Shown here: piece by piece, positions 1 to 8,253 of the stretch
How positions within the stretch are numbered: the first letter of the stretch is position 1
Layout: each line of letters starts with the position of its first letter
From: Myxococcales bacterium
GTDB taxonomy: Bacteria > Myxococcota_A > UBA9042 > JABWCM01 > BTVJ01
NCBI GenBank assembly: GCA_045863395.1
Contig: BTVJ01000053.1
Coordinates: forward strand, 1-50,156
Direction of reading: 5' to 3'
DNA length: 50,156 bases
The notes under the pieces: model-generated
Seen by the model: only the letters and a program-made list of their open reading frames with translations
The model's database searches: none
Told to the model about the DNA's origin: nothing
Program-made: the position numbers and the translations under genes

Positions 1-40
1 GCTGCCGCGCTACCCCACGTAGCGCTGCGAGCGGAACGAA

Positions 41-67
41 GCCGCGGCAGGATGGTCCTGCCGCGGC
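41..67. terminator. Perfect 12-bp GC-rich hairpin, probable intrinsic terminator
   Basis: gccgcggcagga-tgg-tcctgccgcggc. On the minus strand it is followed by ttcgtt and lies downstream of the minus-strand genes at 380-695. Confidence 0.5.
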
Positions 68-379
68 CCTTCACACCGACCAGAGGTGGGGCCAGAGTTC
101 GTGATCACAGTGGGGCCAGTGCGAGTTGTCATTCCTAACCGGCGCAGTCCGCTCCGTCCAACCAAGGGCCCGCGTCAGAGTAACTTCGGCAATTCGGTCG
201 CCGCACCATTCTCGCTGCCAGCCTGGCGAGACCTTGAACGGGCACCACCCTGCATGCGGTTCCGCCAGACTGGAAGCGGGGCACATCGACGCCCTCGGTT
301 TCAGAAGTTGGCCTTGGTCATCGCTTCGGCCACCACGTTCCAGGAACACGGCGGCCGAAACAATGACCAATGCCTCAAG

Positions 380-523
380 ATCGTTGCGGATCCAGAGGTC
401 CAGGTCCTTCGTGTAGCGGGGCCGGGCGTGGTAGGCCACCGCGTAGGCGCCGACGACGAGGTACTCAGCCCTCTCGTCGTTCAAGGCGGACAACAGATCG
501 ACGTAGTCTGAGCTGATCTGCAT
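380..523 (-). pseudogene. Truncated nucleotidyltransferase (MNT/DUF6036-like) toxin gene fragment
   Basis: ATG at 523 with a GGAGG RBS. MQISSDYVDLLSALNDERAEYLVVGAYAVAYHARPRYTKDLDLWIR carries the NTase-like VVG(A/G)-R-T-D-x-D pattern. Similarity is lost after about 48 aa, although the frame stays open to 71. Confidence 0.6.
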
Positions 524-695
524 CGATCCTCCCCATACGCGCCAAGTCCTCGACCGCGTCCCAGGTGGCGGCGAAGCGCTCGTCCGCAGGCAGGCTCTGC
601 CAGAAGTCGAGGTCGAAGCGATCCGGGTCGTCCTCGATGGCGATCTTCCGAACCGTGGCGACACGTCGTCGGGAATCCGTCGTCATGGGCATCAC
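465..695 (-). CDS. Small protein, probable antitoxin partner of the downstream nucleotidyltransferase
   Basis: 76 aa with D-x-x-F-W-x-S-L-x-x-x-E-R and a C-terminal RLxRSVVRL. It overlaps the NTase start, an arrangement typical of these two-gene modules. Confidence 0.55.
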   Translation of the reverse strand: MMPMTTDSRRRVATVRKIAIEDDPDRFDLDFWQSLPADERFAATWDAVEDLARMGRIDADQLRLRRSVVRLERREG

Positions 696-701
696 CCTAC
701 C

Positions 702-806
702 AAGGATTGGGGGTCAAACCTAACTCAAAAGGATTGGGGGTCAAACCTACTCAATTCTCACATCCGCTCAGCAGGGATTGGGGTCAAACCTACTCAATTC
801 TCACAT
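702..806. repeat. Three near-identical AT-rich ~27-35 nt direct repeats (REP-like GGGGTCA core)
   Basis: ggattggg(g)gtcaaaccta(a)ctcaa at 702-728, 729-763 and 775-806. Copies 2 and 3 extend with ttctcacat. Confidence 0.85.
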
Positions 807-869
807 TCGCACAGCGGGGACGTCGAAGACCCTCGACGTCACCCCTGCGATTTGCTATGACGCGCACCC

Positions 870-3068
870 ATGGCCAAGAAGAACAAGCAGCGAGCGACCA
901 ACGCGGCCCCTGCCGGCGACCAGACGCGCTACTGGTTTGAGAAGCTGCCCCGGCTCGTCTCCCAGGGGCGCTTTGACGACGTTCTGTCGGCTCTGGAGCG
1001 ATTCTGGCCTGCATCCCGTCCGAAGGAGCGCCTCTCCGTCCTGATCCGCGTCTGGCCCGCTCGCGTCGCCGTCGAGCTTCCAGAGACCGTCTCGGATGCA
1101 TTGGTCGAGTCGCTCGTCCCGGCGCCGCTCACCTTCGACGACGCAGCCTTCGAGGCGCTGGCGACCGCACGCCCCATGGCCCCCTGGGTCGCGGAGCTCC
1201 GTGCGTTGCGCGTGGCTCAAGAGCACCTATGCGCCGGCCAGGTCCCGATGGCTCGCGAGGTCCTCCAGGCCGTCGGCGCACGCTCGCCCTTGCGGTCCGG
1301 GCGGCTCTGGCTGCGCGCCCTGTGTTCCCTCCAGGAGGGCGTGGACGACGACGCCCGGCGGGCCCTCGATGCCCTCGCGGACTCCCCCCTCTCCGGTGTC
1401 GCCGCCCGCGTCCGTGCCGCCCTGGATGGAGGCGCACCGGATGTGGCTCGCACCCTGGGCCTCGGCTCCGCCGCCCCTGGGCTGGACGAGGCCGTCCGCC
1501 TGCTGGCCGACCGGCGACCCAACGAGGGGCTCGCCGCCCTGGCGAGGTCGGCCGCGCTCCTCGACCGCACCGTCCTGCGGGCTCTGCGGCGGACGCTGCC
1601 ATGGACGCTCCAGAGCAGCGGTGTGGACATCAAGGCGATTCCGCAGCGCCTGGAGAAGGCGCTGCGCGCCGATCCGGAGGACCCGGCCGACGCCCGGCTC
1701 CGCGCGCTCCTCCACGGTCGCGCCGGCTGCCCTTGCTGCGCGGCGGACCGCTGGCTCGATGCCCGGGACGCGCTGGCGCGGGCGGCGCTTCCCGCCGGGC
1801 TCGACCGCCGGAAGGTGGAGGCAGCCTTGCTGACGCGGGCTGCCGAGGGGCTGATCGGTCCCGGTGACCCATCGGACCAGGACTTCTTCCCGCCACGACA
1901 CTACGGGCTGCTCGATGATCTCCACGAGGCGCGCGAGCTTCTGGAGAAGGCCATCACGCTTGACCCCGGACGGCGCCAGGCATGGGACCTCCAGTTCAAG
2001 GCCCTCAAGGTCTTGCGGGACCGTTCCGCCCTGACGGAGTTCACCGAGGACTACGCCGCAGCCTTCCCCGAGGACATCGACGTGCAGCTCGCCGCCGCCG
2101 CCTCCTGCAGTGCGCGCCGCTCCTTCCTGAAGGCGGCGGCCCACGCGCGCCGCGCCGCGCAGCTCGCTCCTCACGACCCGCGGGTCCGCGATCTGGAGGC
2201 GCAGATCCTCATCGGGCGCGCCCACAAGCAGGCGGACAGCGACCGCGTGACCCAAGGGCGCGAGACTGTGATGGTGGCGTGCGCGATTCAGAGCCTCAGC
2301 GATCCGGTTCGCTGTCACGCCCGTGCCACGGCGGCCGCCTTCGAGGTCGCGGCTGGAACGACGTCGAACAGGAATGCCTTGCGGCGCCATGAGCTGGAGA
2401 CGGGCACCACCCCGTGGGAGTGGGAGACCCGCGAGCTGATCGCGCTCAACATGCTCGGCGTGCGGCGGCCCGGACTGGGACGACCTGCCAGCGAGAGGGA
2501 CTCGTGGGCACCACCGCCCGAAGGCGTCATCAGCCGTATGCTCGACCTGATCAACGAGGAGGCGGGCGAGGGGAGGCTACTCATCGATCTCATCGACGTG
2601 GCCCGCCGCCTGGCGGCATTCGGCGACCGGCTCACCAAGGAGCGTGACCTGCGTATGGCGATCCACTGGGCGGGCGACGACGAGACGCGGCTCGGCATCC
2701 TCGAGCACGCATGCGCCACCCACCCGGACGCCCCTGAGTTCCACTTGCAGCGCTGCGATCTGGCCATGAAGCTCGGCCGGCCGGCCGCCTACCTCGCGGA
2801 TGCGGAGGGAGAGCTCCAGCGCCTGCTCGACGAGTACACGCACATCCACGATCTTGAAGACGACGAGCACGAAGGCTGGGAGGACGAGGGCTGGGAGGAC
2901 GAGGACTGGGACGACGAAGAAGGGGACGACGAAGACGAGCCCTGGGAGCTCTCCGGGTCGTCCAACGGAAGGTCCCGCCCTCGTGGCCTCGCCGAAGATC
3001 TGGCAGACGCAATCTCACGCATCACCGCCTACCGCACCGGCAAGCCCAAGCAGGCGCCCGCCCGCTGA
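870..3068 (+). CDS. Large alpha-helical TPR-like protein with acidic C-terminal tract
   Basis: 732 aa, Ala/Leu/Arg-rich helical repeats (ARELLEKAITLDPGRRQAW; AAAHARRAAQLAPHDPRV), a GCPCC motif and EGWED acidic repeats. First gene of a coupled operon. Confidence 0.7.
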   Translation: MAKKNKQRATNAAPAGDQTRYWFEKLPRLVSQGRFDDVLSALERFWPASRPKERLSVLIRVWPARVAVELPETVSDALVESLVPAPLTFDDAAFEALATARPMAPWVAELRALRVAQEHLCAGQVPMAREVLQAVGARSPLRSGRLWLRALCSLQEGVDDDARRALDALADSPLSGVAARVRAALDGGAPDVARTLGLGSAAPGLDEAVRLLADRRPNEGLAALARSAALLDRTVLRALRRTLPWTLQSSGVDIKAIPQRLEKALRADPEDPADARLRALLHGRAGCPCCAADRWLDARDALARAALPAGLDRRKVEAALLTRAAEGLIGPGDPSDQDFFPPRHYGLLDDLHEARELLEKAITLDPGRRQAWDLQFKALKVLRDRSALTEFTEDYAAAFPEDIDVQLAAAASCSARRSFLKAAAHARRAAQLAPHDPRVRDLEAQILIGRAHKQADSDRVTQGRETVMVACAIQSLSDPVRCHARATAAAFEVAAGTTSNRNALRRHELETGTTPWEWETRELIALNMLGVRRPGLGRPASERDSWAPPPEGVISRMLDLINEEAGEGRLLIDLIDVARRLAAFGDRLTKERDLRMAIHWAGDDETRLGILEHACATHPDAPEFHLQRCDLAMKLGRPAAYLADAEGELQRLLDEYTHIHDLEDDEHEGWEDEGWEDEDWDDEEGDDEDEPWELSGSSNGRSRPRGLAEDLADAISRITAYRTGKPKQAPAR

Positions 3069-3071
3069 GGA

Positions 3072-3371
3072 GTGACCATTTTGGACCCGTTCTTTGTCCT
3101 GGGCGTGACCCCTGGCGCCACCGATGCCGAGGTGGAGGCTCGCTACCGCACCCTGCTCGCGCACAACCCGCCGGACCGCGATCCGGCCCGCTTCGCCACG
3201 CTCCGGGCGGCCTACGATGCGCTCCGCACCGAGCACGGCCGCGTCGACGCCTATCTCTTCCACGAGGACCCGACCGGCTCCCTCCAGGAGCTGTCCGACT
3301 GGCTCCGCTCCGCGCCCCGCAAGCCGCCTGCCCTCGAAGACCTGCGGGCCCTCATCCGAGGCGCCCTGTGA
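3072..3371 (+). CDS. Small J-domain (DnaJ-like) co-chaperone, HPD motif replaced by PPD
   Basis: DPFFVLGVTPGATDAEVEARYRTLLAHNPPDRDPARFATLRAAYDAL matches J-domain helices I-III. GTG start 3 nt after the upstream stop. Confidence 0.85.
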   Translation: MTILDPFFVLGVTPGATDAEVEARYRTLLAHNPPDRDPARFATLRAAYDALRTEHGRVDAYLFHEDPTGSLQELSDWLRSAPRKPPALEDLRALIRGAL

Positions 3372-3976
3372 CGGTCGAGCTCCCTCCGCCTCCCGTCGAT
3401 CTGGCGACCCTGCTTGGCGAGATGGCCGCGCTGAAGGCCGAGGTGCGCGCCGAGACCCGCGCCTCGCGGGACATCCGCGACCGGCTGGTGGTGGCCCAGG
3501 CGGCCTTGGAGACCGAGGTGGAGCGGGCGGGGGCCCGGGAGGAACGCCTGCGCGCCGATGCCCAGGCCGACCGGGACGAGGCGCGGCGCCGTGCCGCCCG
3601 CGCGCTCATCGCTGTGCTCGACCGCACGGAGGCGCTCCGCGCCGCCGCTGCATCGGCTCGCCCGCGGGGCCTGTGGCCGTTTCGGCGGCTGGATCCGGCG
3701 ATCACCGCCCTCGCCGAGGGTCTGGCCCTCAATGAGGCGCGCCTCGCGGAGACTCTCGCCGGCCTGGGCGCCTCGCGCATCAAGACCGCCGGCCAGACCC
3801 TCGACCCCCACCGCATGGAGGCGGTCGGCACGGCGGAGGTGCCAACGCTCCCGGACCTGGCCGTCGTTGAGGAGCTGGTGTCCGGCTGGATGGACGGAGA
3901 CACGGTGCTGCGGACGGCACAGGTCGTGGTCAACCGGGCGCGCCCCGTCGCGCCCTCAGGAGAGGCAGCCCCATGA
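3368..3976 (+). CDS. grpE: GrpE-family nucleotide exchange factor
   Basis: Coiled-coil N-terminus and GrpE C-terminal signature GQTLDPHRMEAVG...VVEELVSGW...VLRTAQVVV. GTGA overlap with the J-domain gene. Confidence 0.8.
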   Translation: MTVELPPPPVDLATLLGEMAALKAEVRAETRASRDIRDRLVVAQAALETEVERAGAREERLRADAQADRDEARRRAARALIAVLDRTEALRAAAASARPRGLWPFRRLDPAITALAEGLALNEARLAETLAGLGASRIKTAGQTLDPHRMEAVGTAEVPTLPDLAVVEELVSGWMDGDTVLRTAQVVVNRARPVAPSGEAAP

Positions 3977-5697
3977 GCGCGGTGGTCGGAATCGATCTCG
4001 GCACGACGAACTCGCTGGTGTGCATCCACAAGGACGGTCCGGTCCTGGTCCCGGTGGACGGCGACACCCTCGTCCCGTCCGTCGTCGCCCTCGGGCTGGA
4101 CGGGGAGGTGGTCGTCGGGCGCGCCGCCCGCAACCTGTGGGCCGCGGCGCCGGAGCGCGTGATCCGCTCGGCCAAGCGCCGCATGGGCGAGGACGTGGCG
4201 CTGCCCCTCGGCGAGCGGACCATGAGCCCCGTCGAGGTCTCGGCCCTCGTCCTCCGGCGCTTGAAGCTGGCCGCCGAGGGTGCCCTCGGCGCCCCCGTCA
4301 CCCGCGCCGTGATCACCGTGCCCGCGTGGTTCACCGACGCCCAGCGCACGGCCACCCGCGAGGCGGGCGAGGTGGCAGGCTTCACGGTCGAGCGCATCCT
4401 CAACGAGCCGACGGCCGCCTCCCTCTGCTACGGCGACGAGACCGACGACCGCACCTGGCTGGTCTATGACCTGGGCGGTGGAACCTTCGACGTGTCCGTC
4501 GTGCGTGCCTCCCGCGGCGTCACCGAGGTGCTCGCCTCCCACGGAGACACGAAGCTCGGCGGCGACGACTTCGACGAGGCGCTGACCGCGCACCTGGAGA
4601 AGGCGTTCACAGAGGCGACGGGCGCCAGAGTCGAGGGGCTACGCGCCCGGACCCGCCTGCTGCGCGCCGCCGAGGAGGCCAAGATCCGCCTGTCCACGGA
4701 GCCCTTCGTGCGCGTGATGGAGGAGGCCCTCGGCGACCACGACGGGGTCCCTCGCCACCTGGACGTGGAGGTCTCTCGCCACGACTACGAGCGCCTGATC
4801 CAGCCCTTTCTCGAGCGCACGCGGCGATCCGTCCAGACCGCGCTCCGGGACGCTGGCGTCCTCGCGAAGGACCTGGACGACGTGCTCCTCGTCGGCGGCA
4901 GCTCGCGCACGCCTCGGGTCCGGCAGATGCTCCACGACATGCTGGGGCGGGAGCCGCGCATGGACGTGGACCCGGACCGGGCCGTCGCCCTGGGCGCGGG
5001 CCTCCAGGCTGCGCGGGTCGCGGGTGATCGGAGCGCCCGCGTGCTCGTGGACGTCACCCCGTACACCTTCGGGACCCGGGTCTTCGGCGTGCTCCACGGC
5101 GTTCCCGGCCCCCGCGTGTTCCACCCGATCATTCGCCGCAACTCGGCCCTTCCCGCGCGCCAGACGGACGTCCTCTACACGATCCACCCGGGGCAGACTC
5201 GGGTGGAGGTGGACGTGCTCCAGGGCGAGGACGACGACGCGGACCAGAATCTCCAGGTGGGCAACTTCCGCGTCGAGGGCCTGGACCCGAATGCGCCGGA
5301 GGGCTCACCCGTGCTCTTCGACTTCCGCCTCGACCTGGACGGGATCCTGACGGTCACGGTCACGGAGCGGGCCACGGGGCTGAGCAAGGGGGTCACCATC
5401 AAGGACGCGTTCCGCACGCTCACGAGCGAGGAGCAGGCCGCGGCCAGGGAGCGCGTGGCGTCAGATCTCGCCCACATGGAAGAGGCGGCTCCCCCCATGG
5501 GCCACTGGACCGAGGACGTGCAGCCCCGGGAAGAAGCGCCGGAGGCCGTCGCTCGCGCTCGCCAGATGCTGCCCCGGCTGTCCGCGGCCGACCGCGCCGA
5601 GGTGGAGGGGCTCCTCGCCGAGGTGGCCGCCGCGGAGGGCCCCATGCGCGACGCGGCGCTGGCGGCCCTCTCCGACGTGCTGTTCTATCTGGAGTAG
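3973..5697 (+). CDS. Hsp70 family chaperone (non-housekeeping DnaK/HscC-like paralog)
   Basis: GIDLGTTNS, TVPAWF, ILNEPTAA, YDLGGGTFDVS, LGGDDFD, LLVGGSSRTP and linker VLVDVTP. 574 aa with a short lid; ATGA overlap with grpE. Confidence 0.95.
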   Translation: MSAVVGIDLGTTNSLVCIHKDGPVLVPVDGDTLVPSVVALGLDGEVVVGRAARNLWAAAPERVIRSAKRRMGEDVALPLGERTMSPVEVSALVLRRLKLAAEGALGAPVTRAVITVPAWFTDAQRTATREAGEVAGFTVERILNEPTAASLCYGDETDDRTWLVYDLGGGTFDVSVVRASRGVTEVLASHGDTKLGGDDFDEALTAHLEKAFTEATGARVEGLRARTRLLRAAEEAKIRLSTEPFVRVMEEALGDHDGVPRHLDVEVSRHDYERLIQPFLERTRRSVQTALRDAGVLAKDLDDVLLVGGSSRTPRVRQMLHDMLGREPRMDVDPDRAVALGAGLQAARVAGDRSARVLVDVTPYTFGTRVFGVLHGVPGPRVFHPIIRRNSALPARQTDVLYTIHPGQTRVEVDVLQGEDDDADQNLQVGNFRVEGLDPNAPEGSPVLFDFRLDLDGILTVTVTERATGLSKGVTIKDAFRTLTSEEQAAARERVASDLAHMEEAAPPMGHWTEDVQPREEAPEAVARARQMLPRLSAADRAEVEGLLAEVAAAEGPMRDAALAALSDVLFYLE

Positions 5698-5701
5698 CGC
5701 C

Positions 5702-6004
5702 GTGGACGCCCCGCCGGATCTGCGCCTCGCGCGGTGCCCCGTCTGCCGCCTCGCCCTGGACGGCGCTCCCGCGGTCTGCCCCCGGTGCGAGGGCGAGCTG
5801 GCCCTCGTCCATGCGGCCTACGCCGGCGCCTGGTCCGACGTCCTCCTGGCCCGCCGCTTGTTCGGGCGCGGGGAGGACGCCGCCGCCCGCGCGGCCGCTT
5901 GGCGCGCGGTCTCTCTGGCGCGCACGCCCACGACCCTGGCCACCTTCGCGGAGCTGTCCAGCGATGCGGCCCCTCAGGGGGCGATCTTCCAGGTGTCCGA
6001 GTAG
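5702..6004 (+). CDS. Small zinc-ribbon (2x CxxC) plus helical protein, last gene of the Hsp70 operon
   Basis: RCPVCR...VCPRCEG followed by a TPR-like helix pair. Starts 4 nt after the Hsp70 stop and overlaps the 3' end of the convergent gene by 31 nt. Confidence 0.65.
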   Translation: MDAPPDLRLARCPVCRLALDGAPAVCPRCEGELALVHAAYAGAWSDVLLARRLFGRGEDAAARAAAWRAVSLARTPTTLATFAELSSDAAPQGAIFQVSE

Positions 6005-6741
6005 GGCCCGAAGCCGAGGGGGGTGCGGCCGATGATCGGCACGTCGAAGAAGAGGGAGCCCCGCGCCGCGTAGGGGATGTCGAACTCCACGGACTTGCCC
6101 TGGAGCAGCGAGCTGCCGGCCTGCTCCGCCAGGTGGATGAGCAGGTCGAGGACCGTGTCGACGTCCAGGCCGAAGACCACGGACACCTCGATGTTCTTGC
6201 CGGGCGGGATCACGCGGACCTTCAGGTTGTCCGCCACGTTGGTCTGCCCCGTGGCGGCCGCGAAGACGAAGCCCGCGAGCGCGCCCGCGAAGTCCTCGAT
6301 GCTGTCCACGTCGTTGTCTGCCTTGCACGAGTTGGGCGCCGGCTGGCCGTTGCAGGTCGGGTCGTCCTCGGCGCAGAAGCGGACGCAGGTGCTGCCGAGG
6401 CTCTCCTCCTGGATGCCGGGGAACACGGTCAGCCCGAGGAGCATCTCGAGGAGCGGCACCGGCAGGTTGCCCGAGTTGCCCGCGTCGAAGCGCATGTCGA
6501 AGAAGAAGCTCAGGTCGGCCTTTGCGGGCGCCTTGCCGAGGGCAGGCGTGCACAGCGTCGCGCCCAGCAGCTCGGGGCAGTAGTACTGGACGAGCTGGTT
6601 GGCCGTGGGGTTCTGGACCAGGGTCGCGCTCTTCATGCCCAGCGTCGGGGTGGGGAAGGTGCCGCCGGCGCCGCCGAGCAGCTCACAGCCCTGTGTCAGG
6701 ACCAGCGCGGCCAGGGCGGCTGTCATCCAGGTGCGGTTCAT
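5974..6741 (-). CDS. Lipoprotein with LEA_2/WHy-like domain
   Basis: Signal peptide with lipobox LTQG-C. The FDMRFDAGNSGNLPVPL and IPYAARGSLFFDVPIIG...FGP segments resemble LEA type 2 beta-sandwich proteins. Confidence 0.6.
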   Translation of the reverse strand: MNRTWMTAALAALVLTQGCELLGGAGGTFPTPTLGMKSATLVQNPTANQLVQYYCPELLGATLCTPALGKAPAKADLSFFFDMRFDAGNSGNLPVPLLEMLLGLTVFPGIQEESLGSTCVRFCAEDDPTCNGQPAPNSCKADNDVDSIEDFAGALAGFVFAAATGQTNVADNLKVRVIPPGKNIEVSVVFGLDVDTVLDLLIHLAEQAGSSLLQGKSVEFDIPYAARGSLFFDVPIIGRTPLGFGPYSDTWKIAP

Positions 6742-6768
6742 ATGGTGATCTCCTTGGCGTGTGTGTCT

Positions 6769-8253
6769 TCAGGTGTCGGAGCGGCGGCCCGACGTGTCCG
6801 ACCAGGCGAGGATTCTACGCGAAGTGTGGACGCGGCGCAGGTGCTCGTTGGGGGCGTCGTCTGCAACCAGCGTCTGACCGGAGTACCGCTCCAGCCAGGC
6901 GACCCCGGCGTCGAAGAGCTCCTCCGACCGCGCGCGCCCCGGCGTCACCGGCAGGGGCAGGAGCAGCGCCGCCACCAGCGCCGGGAGCCCCGAGGCGCGG
7001 TGCGGGCGCAGGCACCGCGGGTCGTCGAGCTGTGCCAGCGCGATGGCCGCGCGGGCTTGGACCCCGTGCCCGTCGAAGGCTGCGGTGCGCAGCACGTTGG
7101 CGAGGACGTCCGCCGTCCCCTTGGCCGGGACCCGCACCAGCAGGTCGAGCGCCGTGTGGATGGCCTCCGCGCCGTCGATGTCGAGCGCCGGGCGAATGGC
7201 GCGCACCATGCGGGTCACGCCACGCAGGGCCGCCTCGGAGGCGGCCGGGGTCCCCAGGCGCCGCAGCGCGCGCATCGCCTCGCTTCGCACCGAGCGCTCC
7301 TCCGAGCACGCCAGCGTCGCGAGCCGTCGCACGGACCCGGGGGTGTCGATCCAACCCGACGCCTCGGCGAGGGAGCGGCGCCACCCGGTCCGCTCCCCGC
7401 GGGTCAGGGGCCGCAGTCGGATGCCCAGCGAGGCCATGGTGACGCGGCGGCCAGCGCCAGAACCGAGGAGCATTGCATCGATCACGAGTGAACGCGCTCG
7501 ATCCATGGATCCAGATGGAACCAGGCAGCGATGAACGGCGGTAATAAGAGATGACCGCTCCGAATCACCGAGGCGCGGAGGGTCGGTGGCGAACGCCTTG
7601 ACCACCTCGTACAGGTCGTGGGTGTCCATGGGGCGCCCGTCGCCCAGAAGCGCCACCAGGGGCTCCATCGCCTCCTGGAGGCCGGACGCCGCGCAGGCGA
7701 GGGCCGCGATCGCCCGCTGCTCCTCGGTGAGGGCAGACCGCTCTACACCGGCGACCAGCGCCCGCATCAGCGACGCTCCGGCGGGGTGGCGCTCGCCGAG
7801 CAGCTCGCAGGCGATGGCCACGTCGCGTGCGTCTCGCGCCCGGCGCGCCAGCTCGTCGGCGATGCGCTCACGATGGGCGGCCTCCCGCGTGTGGTGGAGC
7901 CGCTCGACGAGGGCCGCGGCGTCGGCGCCATCGAGGGGACCGACCGCGGCCGTGATGCCACCTGGGGGGCGAAGCCGCTCCCGAAGAGACGCTGCCCTTC
8001 CCGCCAGCTTGGGCGCCAGGTCCCCGCTCGCCACCAGCCGCTGCACCACCGGCAGCGCCGCCTCGGTGGCCGCCCACTCCGCCAGGTCCAGCAGGAACTC
8101 GGTCTCGACGGGGTCCACCCGGAAGATGGCGCCGAGCGCGCTGAGCATGCGCGCCTCCGCCTCGGGGCGAAAGTAGCGCCACTGCTCGGGGTGCGTGCAG
8201 CACCACCCGTGGTCGGTCACGGGGTCCACCCCCGGGGGAGGCAGGGCGCTCAC
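6769..8253 (-). CDS. HEAT/ARM-like repeat protein
   Basis: 494 aa helical protein with VRSEAMRALRRLG and VQARAAIALAQL. GTGA overlap with the upstream M16 gene. Confidence 0.6.
   Translation of the reverse strand: MSALPPPGVDPVTDHGWCCTHPEQWRYFRPEAEARMLSALGAIFRVDPVETEFLLDLAEWAATEAALPVVQRLVASGDLAPKLAGRAASLRERLRPPGGITAAVGPLDGADAAALVERLHHTREAAHRERIADELARRARDARDVAIACELLGERHPAGASLMRALVAGVERSALTEEQRAIAALACAASGLQEAMEPLVALLGDGRPMDTHDLYEVVKAFATDPPRLGDSERSSLITAVHRCLVPSGSMDRARSLVIDAMLLGSGAGRRVTMASLGIRLRPLTRGERTGWRRSLAEASGWIDTPGSVRRLATLACSEERSVRSEAMRALRRLGTPAASEAALRGVTRMVRAIRPALDIDGAEAIHTALDLLVRVPAKGTADVLANVLRTAAFDGHGVQARAAIALAQLDDPRCLRPHRASGLPALVAALLLPLPVTPGRARSEELFDAGVAWLERYSGQTLVADDAPNEHLRRVHTSRRILAWSDTSGRRSDT

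Noticed and set aside
702..806. Possible mini-CRISPR array
   Set aside because: The repeats abut or are 11 nt apart, there are no unique ~30-nt spacers, and no cas genes are present in the window.
3973..5697. Calling the Hsp70 the housekeeping dnaK
   Set aside because: It is short, has a divergent linker and lid, and sits in an atypical operon, so no symbol was assigned.
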